Assembly (NCBI GenBank): GCA_051942245.1
Contig: JAVECL010000009.1
Location: 62,001 to 126,000 of the forward strand
Direction: 5' to 3'
DNA: 64,000 nt
Origin: Trypethelium eluteriae
Taxonomy: Eukaryota
A model generated the notes under the pieces. It was not told the origin of the DNA and did no database searches. It saw nothing but the letters and a program-made list of their open reading frames with translations. Both the position numbers and the translations under genes were made by a program. This document shows positions 12,895 through 25,065 of the stretch, piece after piece; within the stretch, counting starts at the first letter, position 1, and each line of letters begins with the position of its first letter.

Positions 12895-14468
12895 ATGTCT
12901 GCCAACTTTCAACGTGTCCTTCGCGTCCATAATCCCAATTACCGCCGCGATGGGCGGAAGTCATATGTCTGGCTTTTGAGGAAGTGTATGTTGGCCAAGT
13001 ATTTCCACGACGCCCTTGGAGTTGTAACTGATATTTTTTGGGGGGGTTTTAGATAACATCACCCCTACTCTTCCTGGTCCTTATTATGTCGAGAAAAAAG
13101 AACATACCCAAAAGTTGCATGCCGGAAATCAGCCGTACCACAAGCACCATCAGCTTCGCAAGCATCATGCCCATACACAAGTAGGTGCTGCTACTGGTTC
13201 GACTTCTCCGACCCCACCGGCTACTGGGGGAACGCCCTCGCCATCTTCTGGCAAGGGTGGAGAAGTTCCTGCAGAGGATCAACAGAATGACTCCGAGTAC
13301 ATTTGCGACGTCCAAATTGGCACCCCGGCTCAGACTTTGAGGTTGGACTTTGATACTGGCTCTTCCGATCTGTGGGTAGGTGACTTGATCCTTGAATCCA
13401 AAGCTACCAAAACTGGGGTCACTGACTGACGTGTGTAAGGTCTGGTCGACTGAATTATCAAAGAGCGTCAATACCTCCGGCCACAATGTTTTCGATCCCA
13501 GCAAGTCCTCCACTTTTAAACCAATGAGTGGCAGTACTTGGCAGATTTCCTACGGAGACGGCTCAAGCGCCTCAGGCGATGTTGGAACCGATGTCGTGAA
13601 CATCGGCGGTGTGCAGATCACCGGCCAAGCCGTCGAGGAGGCTAAAACACTCTCCTCTGCCTTCACACAGAATGCTGGGGATGGCCTCATGGGCCTTGCC
13701 TTTGGCAACATCAATACCGTTAAACCTAACCCTGTAGCTACACCTGTCACGAACATGATCAACCAGTCTGCTATTTCTGAGAAGCTCTTCACGGCTAAGC
13801 TCGGCAGCTGGCGGGATGCCAGCGACCCGGACAAGGGTGCCAGCTTCTACACATTTGGTTACATCGACCAAACCACTCTGAACGGTGAAACCCCCTTCTA
13901 CACCCCTGTCGACAATTCCCAGGGCTTCTGGCAGATCCAATCCGGCACCTACACCGTTAATGGCACTTCATACAATGCCAACACGACCACATCCATCATG
14001 GACACGGGCACCACCCTCGCCCTCGTTGATGACGCTACATGCCAGAACATCTATAATGCCATACCCGGCGCAACCTATGACCAGTCCCAGCAAGGCTATG
14101 TCTTCCCAGCTTCGACCACTGCCGATCAGTTGCCTCAGGTGCAATTCGCCATTGGAACTAAGCTCTTCGATTTTCAAAAGGAGGATCTTGGTTTTGCGTC
14201 CGCCGGTACGACCAAAGGACAGCAAATGGTGTATGGATCCATTCAGAGCGCAGGAGATATGGGTATGAACATCTTTGGGGATGCTTTCTTGAAGTCGCTT
14301 TATGCAGTAAGTCTTACTACAACTCCTGGGAGGGAAAAGAAACAAGTGAATGGGTGACAAGAAGATGACTGATGAAATTATCAGATTTTCGATCAAGGCA
14401 ATCAGCAATTCGGTGCGGTCCAGCGCATGGAGCCTACACAGAACACATCTGCTCCGCCGTCTTCCTAG
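12895..14468 (+). CDS. Pepsin-like (A1) aspartic endopeptidase, aspergillopepsin/endothiapepsin type, no signal peptide
   Basis: Both catalytic motifs ([20 protein letters not shown]), [31 protein letters not shown] 12895; introns ~12986-13052, 13376-13439, 14307-14384; last exon [14 protein letters not shown]…PSS* ends 14468. Confidence 0.92.
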
Positions 14469-15161
14469 TCGGTATACTGAGCTTTCACTAAAACGCTCAT
14501 CAGTCACGTCCATATTTCTTTTCCTACGTATAACGTGAGCTTGCTGTTCGTGTCTCTTTCTGCTCTGCTCGAGTGTGAATCCTGCTTGGAAATAAGGGCG
14601 CGCACATTGGAAGGAAGCTGAACATGGATTGGATCCGCTAGTAGACTTTCCTATTCATATATACTTGTAGGGACTGTATGCAATACATCGTCTGGGCGTT
14701 TCTGTTTATAAGAATTCTTAGCGAAATGTAATAGTAACCAGCGTAATCCTGCAAGTTGGACGTTCGTGATTGGAATGCTCGCTGTAGAAGACACAGCCTC
14801 TTTGCAATGACGAGCTCGTATATAGAATGCTATTTCGAAGGCTCTAGAAAGCGCGCAGCCTGGCTGTGATGTAGTTTTCTGAACGGGGTGCTTGGAATAA
14901 GCAAACATTCAATGCAACCGCAGCCAGTTTGGCTGATGGTAAGCCAGACTTGATTCTTCCCGTAGAGCTAGCGGTATACACTTGTCACCTGTCCAGAGAC
15001 TCGCTCTAAGCAAGTTGCCTAGCCTCGACCCCAAGATTCTACGAAAGGCGGCGCGGACAGCCTGAAGTACGGAGCTTCAACAGGGAATAAATGCAGTATT
15101 GATTTTAGAATTGGCAATGAATCAATGCCCATAGAAAATCAATCGGTCCATCTATCCTACA

Positions 15162-17075
15162 TTATTCTAGCACCACACCATCCAGTACCCTGACGTCCCC
15201 ACCTGCCTCCTCCACAGCCTTGACCGCCGCTTCGCTGAGCTTTCTCCTCTTCTCCGCGGCTTCCTTCTCCCGTCTCGCCTTCGTCTTGCTACTCCCACTC
15301 GGTGCAACTCCCGTCAGAATCCTGCGACTATCATCCGGGGTAAAATTGATGAAGCCCACATTCCCACCATTTCCGCCACCGGATGAAGGTGAGGTTGAGG
15401 ACTGCGTGCGGCTATGCCGACGATGAGCACGACCGGGAGAGCGAAGCGAGCGCGTAGTGGAGCTTTTACTACGCCGATGATGACTTTGTTGCGGATGCGA
15501 CGAATTCGAAGGCTGGTGAAGATGTAGCGAGGTGTTTCGCGATCTTGAGCCTCCGCGACGGGTACGTAGAGAAGAAAGTGGAAGGTCAGGCGAGCTTGCT
15601 GGAGATGACTGTTGTCTCCGTACTCGGCTTGGCACGATGATATTGGCGGTGGCAGTGGTGTCAGCAGAGCTGGTGAGATTGATGGGGCTGGCGCTGGCCG
15701 GAATAGTAGGTGGAGCTGGATAATTATGCGTACAGCTAGGATTTGACTGGTTCAGCTTCAGCTCTATAGGCGACAAGGCTGACAAGTCGCTTGTTGTGGA
15801 TGGTCCTGACCCCTCTCTTCCCCCTTCTCCGACATGCATGTCGCCGCCGCCCGACATACCATGCATGTCAATTAATAGGCCGTTGGTCGCCAGGTCGGCC
15901 GCTGCTGCGGCTGAGGAATTATTACCACTGCCGAATGAGACGTCGTTGGTCAATCTGGTCAAAGAGTGAGACGGTTGGCGTACGTTGTCGCGCACATCGT
16001 TGCTCGAGGCGTGCGCGATATTTCCGGTTGGCCAGCTTGATATGTCGGGCGAAGTTGCATCGAACTCATACGTCTGCTGATCTTGTTGTTCAGCCGTCCA
16101 GGTTGACGTGGAGAGCTGTCGTGTTTGTGGAGGGGTCATCAGATCGTCCATTGCGTTCGCAACATATTCTGAATGCTCATTGTAATCCGGGAAGGGTGGA
16201 GACCCAAAATAAGAATTGCCTTGCCCATTTGCATGGTCGATGAGAGGTGTAGCAAGCGGTGATATGTGAGACAAATTCTGAAATTGGTTCGAGAGAGGTG
16301 ACAGCGTGTTGTCAAGATCAGGACTGCCACTGTTCATAAGTTTTCCATAGAAAGTTTGTCCATTCTCCTCCTGTTTCACTTTGGCCGAGGGTGGTGGTGA
16401 TAGAGGCCCCGATCTAACAGGCATCTGTAGGCTGTATTTGTCCATCGTCGCTTCTATCCGTTGTGACCAAAGTTCATGAAGAGCAGGGCGATAATTCGAT
16501 CCTCGCATCATTTTGGGCGAATTGGTGGGCTTTCGCATCGACTTTGAAATTCCGCAGGAGGTCGATTTGTAGAGGTCATTGATATGTGACACGGTTCTTG
16601 ACTTCCGGTGTTCTGCGTTCGGAAATGTCGAATTAGAAGGAGTCGAAGCTGCGGTCCCGCTCTTTATTTGTGGCGAGTCGAATCGCCCAAGGCTGTAAAG
16701 CTCTGTCTCAGAAACCGCTGCCTTACTGTATGAGTCTGAGTAAAGCGAGGTGCGCCTGCTTCTTGCTGTGACCGAGGCTGAGGTTTGCTTAAGGTAGCAG
16801 TGTGCTTTTTCCCAGGGTTGACTTGGCTTGCCTTGTGTAACGTCCCATTCGATAGCTGGGGGATTGCAGGGAAGATCGCTGCGGCTGGATGACCTGGGAA
16901 GCTCCAAATATCTCGAAAAGTCGTCTGAGCCACTGTGCTCTAATGTATTCTCGCCAAGATCGAAAAGGCCCGTATCGATATACTGCTCAAAGAGAACCTC
17001 ATATGGTTCAAAAAATTGCAATTCTTTGTCCAATGGCCGCATTTGGACATTAAAGCTGGGTCGAATCACTGCCAT
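15162..17075 (-). CDS. wetA: Conidiation/spore-maturation transcriptional regulator WetA
   Basis: C-terminal ESC1/WetA domain VGFINFTPDDSRRILTGVAPSGSSKTKARREKEA; LFEQYID near the N-terminus; PLSPPPS; single open frame, first ATG at 17075. Confidence 0.93.
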   Translation of the reverse strand: MAVIRPSFNVQMRPLDKELQFFEPYEVLFEQYIDTGLFDLGENTLEHSGSDDFSRYLELPRSSSRSDLPCNPPAIEWDVTQGKPSQPWEKAHCYLKQTSASVTARSRRTSLYSDSYSKAAVSETELYSLGRFDSPQIKSGTAASTPSNSTFPNAEHRKSRTVSHINDLYKSTSCGISKSMRKPTNSPKMMRGSNYRPALHELWSQRIEATMDKYSLQMPVRSGPLSPPPSAKVKQEENGQTFYGKLMNSGSPDLDNTLSPLSNQFQNLSHISPLATPLIDHANGQGNSYFGSPPFPDYNEHSEYVANAMDDLMTPPQTRQLSTSTWTAEQQDQQTYEFDATSPDISSWPTGNIAHASSNDVRDNVRQPSHSLTRLTNDVSFGSGNNSSAAAAADLATNGLLIDMHGMSGGGDMHVGEGGREGSGPSTTSDLSALSPIELKLNQSNPSCTHNYPAPPTIPASASPINLTSSADTTATANIIVPSRVRRQQSSPASSPDLPLSSLRTRRGGSRSRNTSLHLHQPSNSSHPQQSHHRRSKSSTTRSLRSPGRAHRRHSRTQSSTSPSSGGGNGGNVGFINFTPDDSRRILTGVAPSGSSKTKARREKEAAEKRRKLSEAAVKAVEEAGGDVRVLDGVVLE

Positions 17076-17330
17076 GATAGGCTGAGAATGGTAATACGCA
17101 CGTGACGTGAGCTGGAGGATCCAAGATTCTGGATAAGTGCACGCCGGCAAGGGTGTAAGCGATACACGTAAGGAGTGGTACCTTGCATGGAAGTGCAGAT
17201 CTTTCGGTATTGGGAATCAAACAGAAAACAAACCTGATGGGCATATATAGCTAATGTGAATCCACCCCCAGCCTCCCGCAGCTTTCACAGAATTCCATAT
17301 CGACCATGTTATGCTCGACATCAATGGAGA

Positions 17331-17577
17331 GGAATGTCCCCGTCCTTTGAACAAGCCATTATCTGGGAAAGACTTCCAAGAATTGATACCTTGATCATGA
17401 TGGCATTGTATGGCAGTTTGTGGCTACCATTCCGACTGAGCCTTATAATCCTCTTGCTTAATGGATGACATTCCGCTTGCAGCCAGGTTACGATGTGCCA
17501 AAAGCAAGGAATGTGCCCACATTCCTGGGGTAAGCGCTGCCGCGGTGGTGCCAGACAAAGGCCTCACCGGACATTCT
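17331..17577 (-). promoter_or_regulatory. Cluster of AbaA/TEA response elements (CATTCY) and a WetA-response-like element in the wetA promoter
   Basis: GGAATG 17331-17336, CATTCC 17469-17474, GGAATG 17508-17513, CATTCC 17520-17525, CATTCT 17572-17577 (plus AGAATG 17085-17090); CCGCTTGCAGC 17473-17483 is one mismatch from CCGYTTGCGGC. Confidence 0.7.
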
Positions 17578-18387
17578 GCCAGATAATGAGGAGTCAGAAA
17601 GTCTCTCTGCCCTACGAAGACTTTAAGTATTCAGATATGAACAGAAGTTTGGAAGAAATAAAGGAACAGCAAGAGCAGGTGGTAGGAAGGCTTGGTCGCA
17701 TTTCATATCATTCAACAGATAGCTTGGACAGATAAAAAAAAAAAGGGAAACAGAGTCACAGTTAATGCTTTCCGCAAACAGAGAGCAATCCATTAATGCG
17801 AGAGTCACGGGTCCTGTACCAGCAGGTGCTCCTGCCATAGAAATTGTGGTCAGGCAATAGTCCATTATTTGACCCACAGTCTAACAAGTTTTGTCAAAGG
17901 GGAAAGGAGATATTGGTCCTTCGCTCGACCAACTGTTCTACCGGAAGTGAAATCATGAAGAACGCCGCCAGATCTATGGCAGCTGAGAACGAGTTTCAAT
18001 CTGAGATGAACTTCGTTCTAGCGCGCCTCGGACGACTGCCAGAGCATATTTGGACCACCACAGTCACATACGAGTCAGCAGATGGGAAGAGACAGATTGG
18101 CAACGTTTATTGCGTTATTGTTGACGGCGAGGAGAAGATTGCCCAAGTGTTTCTTCCAGCAACACGAACAGATGCCAGGGATGAGTCAGCAAAGCCAACC
18201 TACAGGCACTAGTGCACCAAGACCAAGACCACCGAAGTCAACGACGTCACAAGCCACTTCTGTTCCCATAGGTACCTCCTCTTCGACGACCGTTAGCCAT
18301 CCCGAGTCTTGTATCTTCATTCCTGTCGAATTGCTCGCTCTCTTTCCGGCCTCCCATAGCAGCTGCACTCTCTTTGCACTAAATACC

Positions 18388-19400
18388 ATGCTGTCCGCCA
18401 GATCAGCCTCCAGGGTCTTGCGACTTATTCCTGCGGGGACACGATCATTTGGGTCCGCACCTGTCCGATGGGGACCAGAGCCGAATGATACTGCAGAGGG
18501 ATGGAGAAAGAAGCAAACAGAAAAACCTCTTAATCCACACATGACAAACACTACATCCACGGTGGCCAATGAGATGCCTAGCGTTGGTAAAGATGCTGCA
18601 CCGCCTGAGATGATTACCTCTGTTGATCCCGAATACACTCCGAAGGATTCTGTGCCTGAGAACACCGACCGAATGACTGGAGGAACGCAAAAGGGGACAC
18701 CAGCAGTCGGAACGAATTCTGAGTTGAAGGTGGGCGAGATCGAAGGTGGCCAGTTCAAGGTAGAGCCCTTGAGACGGACGGGAGAAGACGCCAATACGAT
18801 GAGGGCGAGACTGTTGTGTGCGTCGTTGCTGACTTGTGTTTTCTTGTCCAGAAACAAAACTGATCTCCCTCCTCCCGATGCACAGATCAAAGCCGCAAGC
18901 GGGGCACACTCGAGAGCGACCTTCTTCTCTCCACTTTTGCCGATACGAATCTTGCACACATGACCCCGAAACAGCTGCAGCAGTACGACCTTTTCCTTGA
19001 TGAAAATGACTGGGATATATACTATTGGGCAACGCAAGAACCGACCCCAACTTCGATGGAGTATGCTGAAGGCAGTGGGCCAGATTTGGCAAATAAGCCA
19101 GCCCAAGGTCAGGCACCGGCTCCTCCAAAGGAAGATATGTGGCGTCAGAACCAACCCAGATCTGGCGAATGGGCGCAAACGGTGGGCGCCTTCAAGCCTG
19201 CCTATCGACCAGTGCCAACGCGATGGAAAAATTCTGAAATTCTGGCGATGCTAAGAAAACATGTAATTAACAGGAGTGCAGGAGGTGTGCATATTGAGGC
19301 ACCTCCCGGGGCTAATGCTTCTTCGCTAGATCAAAACATCAAAAGTATTGGTGGTGGAGGGCTTGGACGAATGCCTGACGTGAGGAACTTTGATGTTTAG
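18388..19400 (+). CDS. SDH5: Succinate dehydrogenase assembly factor 2 (flavinator), mitochondrial
   Basis: [13 protein letters not shown] presequence; [25 protein letters not shown]…[17 protein letters not shown] across intron 18818-18885. Confidence 0.93.
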
Positions 19401-19786
19401 ATCTCCATCGCCATTCGATAAAGCTAGTCGCTGTATATATATCCTTGATATACCCTCTCCAGCAGTGAGCTTTCTACGCACGTCGGTAACCTCTGTCGCG
19501 TTATCGTGGAAGCTTGGTGGCAGTAGAAAGCACTATTGGAATTTCATGGACGCCGTGAAGTTCCTAGTACGAGATCTCGGTTTCTGGATCGAACTTGTTT
19601 GGTGCCTGTTCAAGGGTCCCAAGGTTGCCTTGGTCAGTCTTCACTTCAACGTCGTATGGATCGCCGCGCTTGGCAGAGCCATATTGTAATTTTGAGCCCT
19701 TAATGTGAGTGAGAACGTATATAAACATTATGGTAACACAAGTCAGCAACACTGGACAGCAAATTTTTTCTACACGTTTCTCAGCA

Positions 19787-21168
19787 CTATTCCGCCCCCA
19801 CAAATTCCAGCCACGGTGGCCAATTATCACTCGAGCAGTTGCCATCGCTAACCCATACTCCCTCGTCTCCAACCCGCACGGGTAAACAAATCGTTTGGTC
19901 TGCTGGTGCGGACTCGAGCCCCTCGCGCCAGGCTTCCGCGGCACGATATTTGAGGAGGATCTCAAATCGTCCTTGGTTTACGACCTCCTGTCTAGCTAAT
20001 TTATCTCTGAAAGCTTCTTGAACGCTATGAGCAGGGGGAAATTTGTCAATTGGAGGCTTTCTGATGAGCAGTCGTACTTTGGGAAACGCCAGCCAGGGGT
20101 GAGACAGCTCCGGCGTGAGGATAGCCTCGTGAGATTGCGGAAGTAGATGCCGGGTGTTCGAATCGGTCGTAATGATGACCGGGCAGGCAAAAGACTTCAT
20201 GAGCATCTTCAAGGTTTGCCTCAATTGTGCATAATCATTCAGTTGGGGAGTCTTGATTATTGTCTGCGTTGGGCTTGGATCATTCGTTCGCTGGTGGATC
20301 GAGAGCTTTGCATCCTCCCTCTTCCGACGTTCTTGCCAGTAGAAGGCACTTGCGCTGTCAAGAATTATCGCGGATAAAGGACGAGACGCAGAAGTATGCT
20401 TATCGAAATTTAATAGATACTCTTCCAAAGAATGGAGGGTCGCAAGTAGAGACTCGAAGGATTGGGGATAGAAGATGTGGACATGCTTTAGGCACATTTG
20501 AATGAAAGCCGTATCATCGTCATGATCTATTATTTGTTGCGGGCTGAGATCTTGTCGTCGACTAGAGGCCACACGCTGTGGGGTTCGATGGAGGGAGATA
20601 TAGAATTGCATCACTTGAGCTAGACGTGATACACTGAAACGGCTATCTGTGTCCAAAACGACCACGGCGCCATTTTGGCCGTTCAAGATGACTTGAGAAG
20701 TAGCATCAATCGTCGGTAGAACGATGGTGGCCGTGAGAAAGTAAAGCAATTGTGTCTTGCCCTGGCTAGGATCAGGCGACTCGATCTCAATAATGGCAGG
20801 TTTCGGTGGGTGAGTCCCCTGAACGTCCAGTGCATCTAGATCAAAATCGAGGCTATCCCCAGGTCGAAATTTATGTAGCACATTATCGATGTGGTTGATA
20901 CCCGTAAATGGTCTAGATCTGTGATGTAATGCATGTAGCGACTGCAGTGCCTGAGCAAAGCATGGAAAGATCAGTACTTCATTGGAATAGAAGACAAAGA
21001 AAGAATAGGAAAGGACAGGAAAGGAAAGTCCCCTTTTGAATCCAGGAGTAGATATTTTGGATGCGTCGCAGAGCAAAGAGCGAGAAAATGAGTGCGAAAT
21101 CCTACCTCATCGAGCTTCTCCTCTATTACTTCATTTAATAACCTTTTCCCCAGGTCTTGCGCACTCAT
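19787..21168 (-). CDS. Rad51-paralogue DNA repair protein (XRCC2-like)
   Basis: Exon 1 MSAQDLGKRLLNEVIEEKLDE, intron ~21105-20954; Walker A-like IEIESPDPSQGKTQLLY, VVVLDTDSRFSVSRL, Walker B AIILDSASAFYW. Confidence 0.85.
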
Positions 21169-21269
21169 CCTTTCTAGGTAGCCTCAATCCTCCTTCAGGG
21201 ATCCCAGAACGTCTTCCGATCATTCGCCTCCTCTCACCATTTGGCTTCCTGCTGACTTTTTCCTCGACA

Positions 21270-21626
21270 ATGCCACCCCCTGCACAGATCTTTCCCTCCT
21301 CCGCCCTCCCCGCCAGAGTCAATTCACTCTCTTCAGGAAAGTCCCGCAAACCGCATGACAGGATCGATTTAGACGAGTGCAAATTGTTCGAGCTAGTGCA
21401 GTACTCATGTGATCTAGAAGGGGATAGGAAGGACCGGAATGCGGTCGTGAAATGTTGGCCGATCGTGAGATTATTTCGACGGTAAGTTACGTTGGGGCTG
21501 TATGACTCGACGTTCAAATTGAATCCGGTACGGTAGATGAAAGGCTTTGCTGACCACGGTCGTGGTGTTAGGTGTAAAGATGGAGTGATGGTGGAGACAA
21601 CGGGATGGGATGGGGAGTTGAAGTGA
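21270..21626 (+). CDS. SOM1: Mitochondrial inner membrane peptidase subunit Som1
   Basis: MPPPAQIF…IDLDECKLFELVQYSC…CWPIVRLFRR|CKDGVMVETT; intron 21482-21571; TGA at 21626. Confidence 0.88.
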
Positions 21627-21912
21627 TGAATGCCGTTGATAACCATCTGCGCTTTCAATCTCGAACTAGGTAATAAATATCTACGGGAGGGAGGGTGCTG
21701 GCAGGTAGCAGAGTTCATAGCATGTCTCCAAAAACTTATTGCGCTCATGGCACATCCAAGTAAGGGGAATTAAGTCTGGTAAGCTGCCTTCACAATGCAT
21801 GATGGGGTTATCTATTCTATAAACATAAAGTTTTAAACTACACTGAGCTCATATGCCGGGTATCATTGTGTTTGCTCAATAGCGAAGGAAAACGCAGCTT
21901 GCCCACTGCCGA

Positions 21913-23041
21913 TTATCCGTTTGACATGGCTGCTGCTTTCCTCCAATATTTCTTTTCATAATTTACCATCATGCCACCATGCTCATCTAACTTCCGCGGG
22001 ACTGTCATCTTCTCGTTTCGTGTCGGTGGTTTTTCGTCCGCTGAGCCATCGAAACCGAAACTTAGATCTATCTCGTCCATATGCATATCAGCGCGTCCAT
22101 TACTTTGTTCTTCCCTCGCTTCATCCCCTTTTACCACCGCAGCTACCGTCTCTTTCCATACCTCTTCCAGTCCCTGTCCTCTCTTTCCACTTACGGCCCT
22201 TGTCTGACTCCGACCTGCGGCACCCGCATTTCTTGCGGCGACGAGATTTCTGAGAGCGCGCTCGGCTTCCATGCCCTCTTCGGTCGCGCGCTCCCGAATC
22301 TTCCGAGGATCCTCTTCTCGCTCGCTGAAGATGGGGGTAGCCTTCCACGTGTGTTGACTGGGCAGAGGAGGAAAATGCTTGGGTATGTACATTCTTTGAG
22401 ACTCCTCTTTGGCGCAGATTAGGCTGGGTCCCAAGATGGAAGTGAGATCGGGAGGGGGAGGTTCCGCCGGTGGGGGTTCTGGTATGCGAGGTTGAAGGAC
22501 AGACGGAACGAGGGGCGATGATTCAGAGTCAAGATCATGGAGGGAGAGATGGTCTTGGAGGGAGACGGTAGAGGCGTTAGTAGAAGCGAGGGCGCGGATG
22601 AAGTCTTGCGGGAGGGGCTGTGTACGGCGACTACTGTCCATGGAAGTATGCACTAAAGACAGGCAGCGGAGTATATCTGCAAAGGCGTGAGTCAATTATG
22701 GCAAGGTAAAACATCATTGGCGAGCTTTGGGTATCGCACAGATAAAGTGCATTCAAAGAAGACTCACATTCTTCGACGGCAGCGCGGAAACTTTCGAGCG
22801 CTGTAGTAGTAATGCTGTCGAACCCTACAGCGCCACATGCTATAATGATGGATCGAAGCAGCTGGCTCTGGATAAAGACGGGATCTTGTGGAGCAAGCGT
22901 CGGATCGCTTGTTGAATGCTGCTTGTACCATAGCTGGTGGTGTTTGATGGTGTTAGGTACGTTTCGTTGTTTTTTAGGCGGTGGAGCCTCATCCGTGAAA
23001 GGCGAGGCTCGTTTGATTCCATTTTGGCCTGCATGCTGCAT
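21913..23041 (-). CDS. TAF8: TFIID subunit 8 (histone-fold/Bromo_TP + TAF8_C)
   Basis: QLLRSIIIACGAVGFDSITTTALESFRAAVEE (histone fold), RRTQPLPQDF, YIPKHFPPLPSQHTWKATP, IRERATEEG; intron ~22768-22677. Confidence 0.88.
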
Positions 23042-24780
23042 GGCTTCAGACACGTAAGGTAGCAATGTATGGGAGAAAGGCGGAAGAGCAGGAACAGTGG
23101 ACGGTGGTGAGTCGCTTCTCCAGAGCTCGGCGCTGTGACGTGCGTGCCCAGACCTCAGTAGGTGACAGGCGCAGGCTCACCGCAGAGTGACTTCTATTAC
23201 GTCTCACCTCCTTTAAAATCTATTTCACAATGTCTTTCGGGACTATTCCCTGGTTCCTGAAAATTCAGTTGGAAGATTTATCTTTCTTGTTGAGGTTATC
23301 TATCTAAATCCAGATGGTAATGTCTTCTATTAGTATGGAAGAATTCCCAGCTGAACTTTTTGACCTTGAATATGCAATCGCTACCCATTAGCCATCATGA
23401 AATCAGACTGAAACTAAACTGACTTGTCCAATATCGTCTATGATAGAAAGCTAGCGCTTAATCTTGCATACTAAGGTACTTCGAGCCTTTGAGCGAGTCA
23501 GATATGTCCAGCTTCCTGATCAAGTCGCATCATTCAAAGCTCGACGCCGCTTCCTTTGAGCCAAATATCCGCTGAGAGATGTCGCTATCAGTTCATGACG
23601 GCCTTGGACGCGAGCGGAGCAAATCGACTGTAGGTATCATATCCAAATTCAAATTGACAGCGCTCTCCAATGAACCCTGTACGCTAGTAGAGGAAAACAA
23701 AGTTCTAAAGGGAAGGCGCAGACTGTCTAGCCGAAACGACCGTTGCTCGTGGAAAGGCAGACCCCACCCCACATTCTCGCGACCACTCGTATCATTTGAG
23801 AATCTGAGGGTTTGCTGCGAAACTGCAAAAAAGGGTAAAGCGTGGTGAGCGATTAGGATAGGTAGTGCAGCAAATCTGCAGAACTTCAATACACGGAGAT
23901 CAGCGGATAGCCAAGATCGCGCTCAAGAATGCAAAGTTGGGAGCGATTGCTATCCCAATGAACACAGTACAGGCGAAAGAGGGTCGGGCCAACAACGGGG
24001 CAATCAAGCCGTAGTGGGTCTGATTGGCTAGGGGAGACAAAGAAGTCAAGTGCCCAATGTTCTCCGGACTGGGATGGCTTGTGGTGGCAGACGCCAAGGT
24101 GCCAGGATTCCGCACCACTCCAATGAAAACTCGCCCCAAGGCAAAATTTGATAGAGAAGACGTGCAGAAGACGGGAATCGGAGGCTGAAAACAACGTGGT
24201 GGAAATGTAGCTGAGACGCGCGTGTTGGCTTCCGCTGGAGGCTAGATCTAGGAATCTTGTCACCTTGTCTTCCCCACCAAACTGCCAATCCGACCTGCAC
24301 TGATGGACTCGATCGTGATGGCATGCCAGTCAAAGACGCATCGGGGTGGATGGCAGATGGTGGGCACCGTCGTGGGAGGGGCAGGGTTGAAGTGATTAGT
24401 GGTTTTATTCATAGGTAGTAAGGCGGCGGATGCGGTTAGATTGGTCGAGGTCGGCCCGGCAGGTGCTGACCTTGCAGAATCGCAGAGTCTCGCCCGGTCC
24501 GCAGTCCTCAGTCTCCGGTCCTCAGTCCTCCCTCTTCCGTCGTTCGCTCCTGCCCTATTACTCTGACCTGACTACTCCCGTACGTACGGATATGTACTGC
24601 GTGCCCTCAGCTCCTCTTCTCCCGTCCATCTAACCACACAAACCGCCCTGCGCGATCGCCTACTTCCAATCTCAGTCGCTCGTTACACTTCCACTGTCTT
24701 TTTGCACGCCGCGGTCTCCTTCATTGTCTCCCATTGTCCCCTCGCTGCAACCCCCTTCGTTCATCTCCGCCCGCCGGCTA

Positions 24781-24813
24781 ATTACAACCCAATTACAACC
24801 CTCTTACAACTAC
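24781..24813. repeat. Short tandem repeat (ATTACAACCC-like x3) in the OPY2 upstream/5'UTR region
   Basis: attacaaccc aattacaacc ctcttacaac tac; a second duplicated unit GTCCTCAGTC lies at ~24504-24527. Confidence 0.6.
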
Positions 24814-25065
24814 CACTTATCTCGCCCGGCCTCCTCATCGACTCCGCTGCGTATTCGTCGTAGCATTGACGCCGTTCGTCCATGACTTGACGCACTACCC
24901 ATCTCGACCTACCTGACGTCCTTGGCTTGCCGCTATCGTTTCACAGTTTGCCTCCCTCGTCGGCGACACGGCAGGCCACAAGCTTTTCGCATTGCAATAG
25001 TCGTTCGGCGGTCGCTCCAATGGCTTCTCAAGGTATGGGCTGATCATGAACAAATAGATCTTGTG

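Noticed and set aside
17844..18212. 122-aa ORF between wetA and SDH5
   Set aside because: Lies in the divergent promoter region, with no recognisable motif or splice support; cannot be supported as a gene.
18186..19178. 330-aa antisense ORF over SDH5
   Set aside because: Shadow of the sense CDS, with no recognisable motif.
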